Shown here: piece after piece, positions 27,323 to 35,965 of the stretch
Layout of the letters: each line of letters opens with the position of its first letter
How positions within the stretch are numbered: position 1 is the first letter of the stretch
Source: Candidatus Eiseniibacteriota bacterium
GTDB lineage: Bacteria > Eisenbacteria > RBG-16-71-46
Reading direction: 5' to 3'
NCBI GenBank assembly: GCA_038231135.1
Contig: JBBRLX010000017.1
Span: 17,151 to 81,150 of the forward strand
DNA: 64,000 nt
The notes under the pieces: generated by a model
What the model saw: the letters and a program-made list of their open reading frames with translations, nothing else
Databases searched by the model: none
What the model was told of the DNA's origin: nothing
Made by a program: the position numbers and the translations under genes

Positions 27323-27907
27323 GTGGCGCTGGTGCTGGGACTCGGGAATCCGGGCGAGCGTTATGCGCGGACCCGTCACAACGCCGGCTGGCAGGTGCTG
27401 GAGGAGCTCCGGCAGCGCTGGCATGCGCTGCCGGGGGACGGCACCGGGCGGTACTGCGAATGGCGGGCGGAGCATCGCGGCCGGACGGTGGCGCTGGTGG
27501 AGCCGCTCACGTTCATGAACCTGAGCGGCGAGGCGCTGGCGGACTGGCTCGGACGCAATCCGGGTCACGACGGGGCGCTGCTGGTGGTGGTCGACGACGT
27601 GTACCTGCCGGTGGGAACGCTGCGGTTCCGCGCGCGCGGTTCGAGCGGCGGGCACCGCGGGCTCGACAGCATCGAACAGGTGCTCGGCACACGGGACTAC
27701 GAACGATTGCGGGTGGGAGTGGGGGCGGTGGAGGCGTCGGGGCTCAGGGAGCACGTGCTCGCGGAGCCCGAAGCGTCCGATGCCGGGTTGCTGATGGATA
27801 CGATCCGCGTCGCGGCCGACGCGGTGGAGTGCTGGCTCGACGAGGGCATCCTCGCGGCCATGAACCGGTTCAATCGCAGGGCAGACAAGGAGGCAGAGCA
27901 ACCGTGA
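27323..27907 (+). CDS. pth: Peptidyl-tRNA hydrolase
   Basis: GLGNPG..Y..TRHNAG, TFMNLSG, GGHRG, RLRVGVG. Confidence 0.95.
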   Translation: MALVLGLGNPGERYARTRHNAGWQVLEELRQRWHALPGDGTGRYCEWRAEHRGRTVALVEPLTFMNLSGEALADWLGRNPGHDGALLVVVDDVYLPVGTLRFRARGSSGGHRGLDSIEQVLGTRDYERLRVGVGAVEASGLREHVLAEPEASDAGLLMDTIRVAADAVECWLDEGILAAMNRFNRRADKEAEQP

Positions 27908-28257
27908 ACAAATACGAAACGACGTTCATCCTGGAGCCCGGTCTCGACGAGGGGCGCATCAACGAGGAGATCGAGCGCGTGTCGCAGTGGATTCGCGACC
28001 TGGGCGGCGAGATCCTGGAAGTGCAGCGCTGGGGCAAGCGGCGCCTGTCGTACGAAATCAACAAGAAGCGGGATGGCATCTACACGCTGGTGCTGTACCA
28101 GGGCCCCAACGTGGTGGTGAAGGAGGTCGAGCGCCGGCTGCGGATGAACGAGGCGGTCATGCGCGTGCTGACGGTGATGCACGTTCCGCCGGAACTGACG
28201 CAGGCCCAGATCGATCCCGAAGCCGTGGCGGCCGCTGAGGCGGAGGCCGACGAGTAA
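27904..28257 (+). CDS. rpsF: 30S ribosomal protein S6
   Basis: KYETTFIL, WGKRRLSYEINK; GTG start overlaps the pth stop. Confidence 0.96.
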   Translation: MNKYETTFILEPGLDEGRINEEIERVSQWIRDLGGEILEVQRWGKRRLSYEINKKRDGIYTLVLYQGPNVVVKEVERRLRMNEAVMRVLTVMHVPPELTQAQIDPEAVAAAEAEADE

Positions 28258-28275
28258 CCGCAGCGAGGAGGGGAC

Positions 28276-28680
28276 GTGACCGAACTCAAGCTCCCCGAAA
28301 TCAACCGGGTGCTCCTGAGCGGGCGCCTGACACGGGATCCGGAACGCCGGTATGCCGCCGACGGCACCGAGATCACGAGCCTCGATCTGGCGTTTCACCG
28401 CCACTACCGGGGACGTGACGGCAAGCTCGCCGAGCACACCGGCTACGTGACGGTGCTGACGTACCTGCGGCTGGCCGAAGTGTGTGCGCAGTACCTGAAC
28501 AAGGGCAGTGCCGTGCTCGTCGAGGGCCGGCTGCAGATGCGGGAGTGGATCACGCCGCAGGGGGCGAAGCGCCAGCGCCTCGAACTCCGCGGCGAAGCGG
28601 TGCACTTCCTCGAAAAGAACACCGTGCAACCCGCGCCCGATGCGCCGGGGAACATTCAGGACGACAATCGGCTGTTCTGA
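28276..28680 (+). CDS. ssb: Single-stranded DNA-binding protein (short, atypical tail)
   Basis: NRVLLSGRLTRDPE, KGSAVLVEGRLQ; in the rpsF-rpsR slot. Confidence 0.88.
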   Translation: MTELKLPEINRVLLSGRLTRDPERRYAADGTEITSLDLAFHRHYRGRDGKLAEHTGYVTVLTYLRLAEVCAQYLNKGSAVLVEGRLQMREWITPQGAKRQRLELRGEAVHFLEKNTVQPAPDAPGNIQDDNRLF

Positions 28681-28733
28681 GCGGCGAACGCCGCCTCGAG
28701 GACGGACCGATCGGGAGGTGAGACTACCGACGT

Positions 28734-28976
28734 ATGCCCAAGGAACGTGAAGGCAAGAACATCAAGAAGAAGTACTGCAAGCTGTGCTTCGAGAAGGTCG
28801 GCATCATCGACTACAAGGACGAGAAGCGGCTCGGCCGGTTCGTGACCGATCGCGGCAAGATCGTGCCGCGGCGCGTGTCGGGAACCTGCGCGCGCCACCA
28901 GAAGCAGCTCACGCTGGCGATCAAGCGGGCGCGCGTACTCGCGCTGCTGCCGTTCACCAGTGACGTCTACCGCTGA
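28734..28976 (+). CDS. rpsR: 30S ribosomal protein S18 (Zn-binding C+ type)
   Basis: [29 protein letters not shown]...LLPF. Confidence 0.98.
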   Translation: MPKEREGKNIKKKYCKLCFEKVGIIDYKDEKRLGRFVTDRGKIVPRRVSGTCARHQKQLTLAIKRARVLALLPFTSDVYR

Positions 28977-29943
28977 GCCGCAGCGGTCCGCCGCCCCGTC
29001 GTGGTGGCGCACCGCGCTGCTGGTGGTGCTGCTGGCGCTGCTGTCGCTGCAGGCGCCGTTGCCGTGGTCGTCGCTGTGGCTGATCGTGCCGCTCGCGGTC
29101 GCGATCTCGCTGCTCGCCGGCTGGCGGTTCGGTCCGTGGGCGGTGACGATTCCGATCGCGCTGTTCGTGGTGGCGATCGTCGCCGACGGGCCGCGGAGCC
29201 TGTGGGCCTGGTGGATGCCGGCGACGGCGCTCACCGGGGTATGGATGGGATTGCGGGAGGAGGGCGGCGGTCCCTCGGCCGCGGCGCGGGCCTGGATGCT
29301 GCTGCCGGTGCTGGTGGTCGCGGTGGCGCTGCCGTGGATGGCGCACTACTCCGACATGGTGAAGAGCCTCAACCAGGAACTCGCGGCCGGCGACCAGCAG
29401 TTCATCGAGATCGCGAAGCAGTTCGGGTCGTCCGGAGCGCGGCTGGCGACGATGGAGACCGCGGTGGCCGACAACGCGAAGGTGCGCATCCAGGCGCTGC
29501 CGTTCCTGCTGCCGTCGGTGTTGTTCGTATGGATGACGCTGCTGGTGTGGGCGGGGCGCACGATTGCCTCGCGTGCCGCGGCCTCGCTGAAATGGCCGGG
29601 GCTGTCGCGCGCGCGGCTGAGCGGCTGGCGGCTGCCCGACAGCGCGGTGTGGGTGTTCCTGCTGGGACTCGGGATGCTGGTCGCGCAGTGGACGGCCGCG
29701 GCGCCCGCGGCATGGACGCTGCTGCTCGCCTCCGGGCTCGGTTATTGTATCCAGGGTATCGCGGTCGTAGAATCGTGGGCGCTCGCCCGCGGCATTCCTC
29801 CGTCCGTCGTCGTCGTGACGATGGCGTTCGTTTTCACGCTGGCCACGCCGGTGTTCATGCTCACCACGATTGCCGTGGGACTGAGTGACGTGTGGCTCGA
29901 TCATCGGCGCATGGACGCGCGTCCCGATCAGGCAATCTCATAA
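28960..29943 (+). CDS. DUF2232/YybS-like membrane protein
   Basis: Polytopic; [20 protein letters not shown]; in the rpsR-rplI slot. Confidence 0.8.
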   Translation: MTSTAEPQRSAAPSWWRTALLVVLLALLSLQAPLPWSSLWLIVPLAVAISLLAGWRFGPWAVTIPIALFVVAIVADGPRSLWAWWMPATALTGVWMGLREEGGGPSAAARAWMLLPVLVVAVALPWMAHYSDMVKSLNQELAAGDQQFIEIAKQFGSSGARLATMETAVADNAKVRIQALPFLLPSVLFVWMTLLVWAGRTIASRAAASLKWPGLSRARLSGWRLPDSAVWVFLLGLGMLVAQWTAAAPAAWTLLLASGLGYCIQGIAVVESWALARGIPPSVVVVTMAFVFTLATPVFMLTTIAVGLSDVWLDHRRMDARPDQAIS

Positions 29944-29956
29944 CAGGAGTCTCGTG

Positions 29957-30400
29957 ATGGAAGTGATTCTGCTCGAAGACATGGCGGGCGTGGGCCAGAA
30001 GGGCGCCACCGTCAGCGTGAAGCCGGGCTTCGCGCGCAACTACCTGCTGCCGCGCCGGCTGGCGATCTCGGCCGGCACCAACGCCGGCAACGTGTACAAA
30101 GAGATGCAGCGCCAGCGCGACACCCAGACGCAGAAGAACCTGGTGACCGCCCAGGCCGAGGCCGCGAAGCTCGACGGCGTCGAGATCAACCTGCCGAGCC
30201 AGGCGAACGAGGAAGACACGCTGTTCGGCTCGGTGACGAACGCCGACATCGCCGAGGCACTGGCGAAGGCCGGCCACACGGTCGACAAGCGCGCGATCGA
30301 CCTCGAGGAGCACATCAAGCAGCTCGGCAAGTACGACGTGCCGGTGAAGTTCTTCGGGGGCGTGACGGCCACCGTCAAGGTCTGGGTGGTGCGGGCATGA
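29957..30400 (+). CDS. rplI: 50S ribosomal protein L9
   Basis: MEVILLED, VKPGFARNYLLP, LFGSVT, IKQLG.Y. Confidence 0.98.
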   Translation: MEVILLEDMAGVGQKGATVSVKPGFARNYLLPRRLAISAGTNAGNVYKEMQRQRDTQTQKNLVTAQAEAAKLDGVEINLPSQANEEDTLFGSVTNADIAEALAKAGHTVDKRAIDLEEHIKQLGKYDVPVKFFGGVTATVKVWVVRA

Positions 30401-31764
30401 ACCAGCGCGCGGGGATCCGGACCCTGCAGCGGACGCTGCTCGCTCTGCTCGTAACGGCGTCGGCCACGCTCGCGTTGTCGTACACGGCCGCTGCCGCGGT
30501 CGCGCACGCGAAACCGCGGCCGGCCGCACACCGGGCCCTGGGAGCCGCGGATTCCAACAGGGTGCTGGTGCGGGTGGGCGCCGAGTCGATCACCCGCGGC
30601 GACGTGCAGCGGCGGATCGCGAGCCTGCCTGAGCAGTTCCGCTCCAACTACACCACACCCGAGGGCCGGCAGCAGCTCGTCGACCGCATGGTCGAGGAGA
30701 AGGTGTGGATGCAGCTCGCGATCAAGGACGGCGTGGCGAACCGCCCGGCGGTGAAGCAGCAGATCGACCAGCAGCGCCGCGACCTGATCATCCGTACCTA
30801 TCTCAACGACGTGATGGCCGCGAGCCCGGCGGTGTCCGACTCCGAGGCGCGCGCCCAGTACGACTCGCACCTCGCCGACTATCGCGTGCCCGGCACCGTG
30901 ACGCTGCGGCACATCCTGCTCAAGAAGGAAGCCGACGCCAAGCGCGTGCTGCTGGCCGCGAAGGCGCCGAACGCCAAGTGGGACGACCTCGTGAAGCGCT
31001 GGTCGGTCGACACGCTGACGCGGGCCACCGGCGGCAACCTGGGCACGGTGACGAAGGAGGGCCAGTTCGCGGCGATCGGCCCCCAGCCGGCGCTCGCCGA
31101 GGCCGCGTTCACGCTCGGCGACGGCAAGATCGGCGGCCCATACAAGACCGACAAGGGGTGGCACGTCATCAAGGTCGACACCGTGAAGCCCGAGACCACG
31201 CGGCCGTTCGATCAGCTGAAGGCGATCATCGCGCGCCAGCTCGGTTCCCAGCGGCAGCAGGACTACTACAAGGACCACCTCGACCAGGCGCGGCGCTCGC
31301 TCGGGGTCAAGCCCGACTCGGCGGCGATCAAGAGCTTCGTGTCCCAGCGCAAGACCGCGCGCGAACAGTTCAACGAGGCGCAGGCGCTCACCGCGCCCCA
31401 GGCGCGCATCGACGCGTACGAGAAGCTGCTGCGCGACTATCCCGACAGCGAGGTGAGCCCGCAGGCGCAGTTCATGGTCGGCTTCATCAATTCCGAGGAG
31501 CTCAAGAGCTACGACGCGGCGGACAAGGCGTTTCACGAGCTGCTGCGCCGCTGGCCGAAGGCCGAGCTGGCGTCGTCCGCGAAGTGGATGATCGAGCACA
31601 TGCGCAGCGAGGAAGCGCCCGCATTCATCAACCTCGACGCCGACAGCGCTGTAGCCGGCGGCGGCAAGACCGAGGGCGAAGGTTCCGTGAAGGTCCAGAC
31701 GACCGAGCGGACCGCGCCCACCGGTCAAGTCAAGACCCGCAAAGGCGCATCGAGAAAACCGTGA
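30397..31764 (+). CDS. Exported parvulin-type peptidyl-prolyl isomerase with C-terminal TPR
   Basis: Signal peptide, SurA-like N-domain, RHILL...GGNLG...GWHVIKV, then YPDS...AQFMVGFI...Y..A...F TPR-like pair. Confidence 0.85.
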   Translation: MNQRAGIRTLQRTLLALLVTASATLALSYTAAAAVAHAKPRPAAHRALGAADSNRVLVRVGAESITRGDVQRRIASLPEQFRSNYTTPEGRQQLVDRMVEEKVWMQLAIKDGVANRPAVKQQIDQQRRDLIIRTYLNDVMAASPAVSDSEARAQYDSHLADYRVPGTVTLRHILLKKEADAKRVLLAAKAPNAKWDDLVKRWSVDTLTRATGGNLGTVTKEGQFAAIGPQPALAEAAFTLGDGKIGGPYKTDKGWHVIKVDTVKPETTRPFDQLKAIIARQLGSQRQQDYYKDHLDQARRSLGVKPDSAAIKSFVSQRKTAREQFNEAQALTAPQARIDAYEKLLRDYPDSEVSPQAQFMVGFINSEELKSYDAADKAFHELLRRWPKAELASSAKWMIEHMRSEEAPAFINLDADSAVAGGGKTEGEGSVKVQTTERTAPTGQVKTRKGASRKP

Positions 31765-32306
31765 GCCTCCTGGAAGTCCGGGTGCAGGGCCTGATCCTCG
31801 AGCCCAAGTCGCAGCAGAACATCGTCATCCTGCGCGAGCTGGAGGGCGAACGCATTCTGCCGATCTGGATCGGTCCCGGCGAGGCCCAGGCGATCCGGCG
31901 CATCCTGTCCGAGGAGGCGTTCCCCCGCCCGCTCACGCACGACCTGATGTTCCTGATCGTCGAGGGACTCAAGGCGAAGGTGGCCCGCATCGTGATCTCC
32001 GACCTGCGCGAGAACACGTTCTTCGCGAGCGTGATCATCGAGCGCGACGGCCAGGTGCTGTCGATCGACGCGCGCCCGTCGGATTCGGTGGCGCTGGCGC
32101 TCCGCGCCAAGGCGGCGATCTTCGTCAACGAGGCGCTGCTGCAGCCGCCGCCCAAGGAGACCGCCGAGGGCGAGGCCGCCGAGGACGACGACGTCGAGGT
32201 GGCCGACGAGCCGCCGCGCGTGCTCACCGACGAGGAGAAGGCGGAGCAGTTGCGCCGGTTCCTCGAGAAGCTGAATCCCGAGGACTTCGGGAAATTCCAG
32301 CTCTGA
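31761..32306 (+). CDS. Bifunctional nuclease family (DUF151) protein
   Basis: LPIWIG..EA..I, RPLTHDL, IDARPSDSVALA, LNPEDF. Confidence 0.93.
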   Translation: MSLLEVRVQGLILEPKSQQNIVILRELEGERILPIWIGPGEAQAIRRILSEEAFPRPLTHDLMFLIVEGLKAKVARIVISDLRENTFFASVIIERDGQVLSIDARPSDSVALALRAKAAIFVNEALLQPPPKETAEGEAAEDDDVEVADEPPRVLTDEEKAEQLRRFLEKLNPEDFGKFQL

Positions 32307-33742
32307 TGCCCGGTCCGTTCGCGCCGCGCGCGGGCGCCGCCCCGGCGCTGGCAGCGCTCGCGATCATGCTGTTGTCGATCCCGGGCCCGGCACCCTGGCC
32401 GGCGGCTGCCGCCGGGTCGGCGCTCGCGAACGCCGACGGCTGGGCGGCACAGCCTCCCGGCCGCGAACGCGACCACATCCTGCTGGGATGGATCGCGAAC
32501 GCCCCGCTCCCCGAGTTGATGTGGGTGCTGCGCCGGAGCCCGCAGGAGCTGGGCCCCGTCGAGGCGCCGATCGTCGACAGGGCGCTCGACCGCACTCCGG
32601 TGGCGCGCGCCGAGCTGCGCCGCGCGCTGCTGGCACGCCACGTCGCCGTGACCTCCGCCCGCGCCCGCAAGCGCGAGGGCCGGCTCGCCGATGTGGTCGC
32701 GGCCGCGCCCATTCCCGTGCACGCGTCGGCGTTCCGGGTCGGCATGCTGCTGCCCGTCGCCGGTGACTACGCCGACTACGCGGCGACGCTGCGGGCCGGT
32801 GTCGAAGCCGGGCTCGCGCCGCACACCGCCGCCGGATTCCCGGCCGAGGTGACCGTGTGGAACACCGGCCAGAACGATGCGCCGCGCATCGCGGCTGCGC
32901 TCGATTCGGCGGTGGACCGCTGCGGGGTGCTGGTGGGCGAGCTGACCAGCGCGCCCACCGAGATCCTGGCCAGCGGCGCCCGGGTGTACGGCACGCCGCT
33001 GATCTCGCCCGCGGCGGCGAACGAGAACATCGGGCTCATGGGTCCGAACGTGTTCCAGATCGGCCCGTCGGGCGCCGAGCGCGGCGAGCGTCTCGCGCAC
33101 GGGACGGCGCTCGCGGACAAGCGCGTGGGGCTGCTCGTGTCGTCGGACTCGAACCCGGCGTTCGCCCAGGGCTTCGCGGACGCGGCGGTGCTCGACGGTG
33201 CGACCGTGGTGTCGCGCGCAACCTATGCCGCGGGCGTCGTGTCGTTCCGGACCGAGGTGCGGGATCTGATCGCGAAGAAGGTGGAAGTGCTGTTCTGGGA
33301 CGGCGACGCCCGCGAAGCGGATGCGCTGCTTCGCCAGCTCGCGCACGACCGCGCGTCGATGCGCATCTGCGGCGGTCCGGCGCTCGCGCCCGAGGGACAT
33401 CACGCCGAGACGCAGTTCCTGCTCGAAGGCGTGCAGTACGTCGGCGAGGACTGGACGCTGCCCGAGGCCCTGCGCGCCGCGATCGACAGCGCGAGCACCG
33501 CCCGCACCGGCGCCGCCGCGACCCCGGTGTTCGTGCGCGGCTGGATCACGGGCAACGCGCTGCGCGCTGCGCTCGACGCGGGTGCTTTGTGCCCCGCCGA
33601 GATCGCCGCCGAGCTGCGCCAGCGCGTGACGAAGGATGCGTACGCCGAGTCGCACCGGTTCCTGGACCCGGGAGTGCCGGGCTGCGAGCTGCCGGTGTTC
33701 CGCGTGACGCGAGGCGTGGCGGTACGGGTGGCGCAGGAGTAG
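32306..33742 (+). CDS. Periplasmic-binding-fold protein (LivJ/LpoA-C-like)
   Basis: Signal-like N-terminus; RVGMLLP..G.YA, LVGELTS, PLISPAA, NVFQIGPS. Confidence 0.65.
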   Translation: MPGPFAPRAGAAPALAALAIMLLSIPGPAPWPAAAAGSALANADGWAAQPPGRERDHILLGWIANAPLPELMWVLRRSPQELGPVEAPIVDRALDRTPVARAELRRALLARHVAVTSARARKREGRLADVVAAAPIPVHASAFRVGMLLPVAGDYADYAATLRAGVEAGLAPHTAAGFPAEVTVWNTGQNDAPRIAAALDSAVDRCGVLVGELTSAPTEILASGARVYGTPLISPAAANENIGLMGPNVFQIGPSGAERGERLAHGTALADKRVGLLVSSDSNPAFAQGFADAAVLDGATVVSRATYAAGVVSFRTEVRDLIAKKVEVLFWDGDAREADALLRQLAHDRASMRICGGPALAPEGHHAETQFLLEGVQYVGEDWTLPEALRAAIDSASTARTGAAATPVFVRGWITGNALRAALDAGALCPAEIAAELRQRVTKDAYAESHRFLDPGVPGCELPVFRVTRGVAVRVAQE

Positions 33743-33753
33743 CAGGCGCGGCG

Positions 33754-34584
33754 TTACGCCATGAACCCGCTGAGCTCCCCGAACGGCGCCGCGTCCTCGC
33801 CGAACGTGAACGTGCCGTGGTCCCGGATCTCACGCGCGGCGCGCAGGAAGCCGCCGAGCGCGGCGCGGTGCAGCGCGGAGCCCAGGCTGATCCTCCGCAC
33901 GCCGGCGGCCGCGAGGTTCGCCACGGTGAACCCGCCGCCCTTGCCGCCGGCGAGCGCGTTCACGGGCCGCGGCGCCACCGCGGCGCACACGGCGCGGATC
34001 GCGTCGAGATCCGGCAGGCCGGGCGCGTAGAGCATGTCGGCGCCGGCGGCGGCGTATGCCTGCAGCCGGCGGATCGTGCCGGCGAGATCCGGGCGCCCGT
34101 GCAGGAAGTTCTCGGCCCGCGCCACCAGCACGAACGGCGCCGGCAGCGCGCGGGCCGCGGCGACCGCGGCGGCGACGCGCTCGACCGCCAGCCGCTCGTC
34201 GTAAATCGGATCCGCGTCGTCGCCGGTCGCATCCTCGACCGAGCCGCCGCAGAGTCCGACCGCGCCCGCCATCCGGATCGTCTCGGCGACCGTCTCGGGA
34301 TCGTCGCCGAAGCAGTTCTCGAGGTCCGCCGCCACGGGCAGGTCGGTGGCCTGGACGATCGAGCGCGCGTGTTCGAGGGTCTCATCGCGCGACACCCGGC
34401 CCTCGCCGTCCCGGCGACCGAGCGAGAACGCATACCCGGCGCTGGTGGTCGCGAGCGCCGGAAACCCCAGCGCCGTCAGGATGCGCGCGGTGCCGATGTC
34501 CCAGGGATTCGGAATGACGAAGGTTTTCGGTTCATCGTGCAGCGCCTGGAACGCCCTGGCCTTGTCGCTCTGGCTCACGGCCAT
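33754..34584 (-). CDS. Isocitrate lyase/PEP mutase family protein
   Basis: PNPWDIGTAR, LATTSAG, ADLENCFG, SVED, AGADMLYAPG; GGAGG RBS. Confidence 0.92.
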   Translation of the reverse strand: MAVSQSDKARAFQALHDEPKTFVIPNPWDIGTARILTALGFPALATTSAGYAFSLGRRDGEGRVSRDETLEHARSIVQATDLPVAADLENCFGDDPETVAETIRMAGAVGLCGGSVEDATGDDADPIYDERLAVERVAAAVAAARALPAPFVLVARAENFLHGRPDLAGTIRRLQAYAAAGADMLYAPGLPDLDAIRAVCAAVAPRPVNALAGGKGGGFTVANLAAAGVRRISLGSALHRAALGGFLRAAREIRDHGTFTFGEDAAPFGELSGFMA

Positions 34585-34618
34585 CGCACACCTCCCTGGA
34601 GTCGTGGATCGAGCCCGC

Positions 34619-35170
34619 TCAGGTGTTCGCAAACACCGGCACGCGGGTGTTCAGCGACGGACGATACGTGAACGCCGTGAGATCGCGCCCGGGGTCGAGG
34701 CCCGATCCGAGCAGGTGAGCTACGCCCGCGGCGGCGATCGTCGTCGCCAGCCGCTCCCCAGGACACGCGTGCGTTCCCGCGCCGAACGTGAAGGATCGGA
34801 CATTCCTCCGGAACAGCACCAGCCGGTCGGGCAGCGGAGTGGCGGCGGGATCGCGATTCGCGGCCGCGATCACGACGAGGATGGCGTCGCCGGCGGTCAT
34901 CTCGTGTCCGGCGATCGTGACGGGTTGCGCGACGAATCGCCGCGTAGGGCTTCAATGCCGCATGCCGCGGACCGTCGTTCATGCGGACCAGGCGCGCGAA
35001 CACTTCGCCGGCCGGCGTCCCGAGCAGTACCTGGGGCACGGGTTCTGCGGGCGGCCGCACCCGGCACGCCTTGCTGAGCAGAACGGCCGACACCGCGTCC
35101 GCGCTGGATGCCACCCACATGCCGAGCGACTCGTCGCGCACCAACGGCCGCTCCGCCACGGCATCACCCC
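34619..35170 (-). pseudogene. Cytochrome P450 pseudogene (internal deletion with frame change, no start)
   Basis: N-part (LGMWVASS...RMNDGPRHAALKP) and C-part (TRRFVA...AANRDP...FGAGTHACPG) abut in different frames at about 34946; the I-helix and ExxR region are absent. Confidence 0.85.
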
Positions 35171-35197
35171 GCTGCGCCAGGACCGGCGTCGAACGCC

Positions 35198-35893
35198 TCA
35201 ATAGATCTTGAACGCGAATCGGAACATCGCGTACACGCTCTGGGGCTTGCCGTCCACGAGGTAGGGCTTGAACCGGCACTTCCACACGGCCTCCTGGGCG
35301 GCCTGCTCGAGCGACGCCATCGCTCCGGCGCCCATCACCTCGACGTTCGAGATCGCGCCCGTGGTGTCGACCAGCGCCAGCACCGCGACCTGGCCCTCCA
35401 GGTTCCGGGCCCGCGCCTCCTCGGGATACTGCGGGCGCACCAGCCGGTCGATGATGAGATCCTCCGACCGCACCAGCGGCACGTTGAGCAGGTGCGCCCG
35501 GGCGCGCGCCTCGCGGTCGACCTCCGAGTTGCCTTCGTCCTCGCGCGGCGGCTCGAACCGGGGCGGAGCGTTGGGATGCTGCTCCTTTGCGAGCGTGGTG
35601 CTGCCGCCGCGCCGCGAAGCGGGGACGTATTCGGCGATCGCTCCGGAATGGGTCGCGGCCGGACCGGCGTCGCTCTTGAGCTCGATGCGCCGCACGTACT
35701 GCTCGGGGCCCTCGTAGCCCCAGTGGAGCATCGGGAACTTCGCGGTCAGCCGCTCGTCGAGGTCGGTGTGCTGCAGCGCCAGCAGCGCGATCTGGAGCGC
35801 GATCGAACCCACGCACACAGCCACGATGGTGCCGCCGAGTCGCCGCTGAAAGCGCATGCGCTCGAGGAAATACGCATCGATACCGTGTTCCAC
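35198..35893 (-). CDS. Energy transducer TonB family protein
   Basis: N-terminal TM; P.YPEEARARNLEG.V...VD..G and FKPYLVDGKP TonB-C motifs. Confidence 0.88.
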   Translation of the reverse strand: MEHGIDAYFLERMRFQRRLGGTIVAVCVGSIALQIALLALQHTDLDERLTAKFPMLHWGYEGPEQYVRRIELKSDAGPAATHSGAIAEYVPASRRGGSTTLAKEQHPNAPPRFEPPREDEGNSEVDREARARAHLLNVPLVRSEDLIIDRLVRPQYPEEARARNLEGQVAVLALVDTTGAISNVEVMGAGAMASLEQAAQEAVWKCRFKPYLVDGKPQSVYAMFRFAFKIY

Positions 35894-35965
35894 GGAGGGG
35901 CCTCCGAGGGCGTCGGCGCGAGCCGGCAGGCGGCACGATGCTGGCAGGCGCGGTGAACCCCGGCG

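Noticed and set aside
34930..34960. Programmed frameshift joining the P450 halves
   Set aside because: No slippery sequence, and the joined product would still lack the essential central helices.
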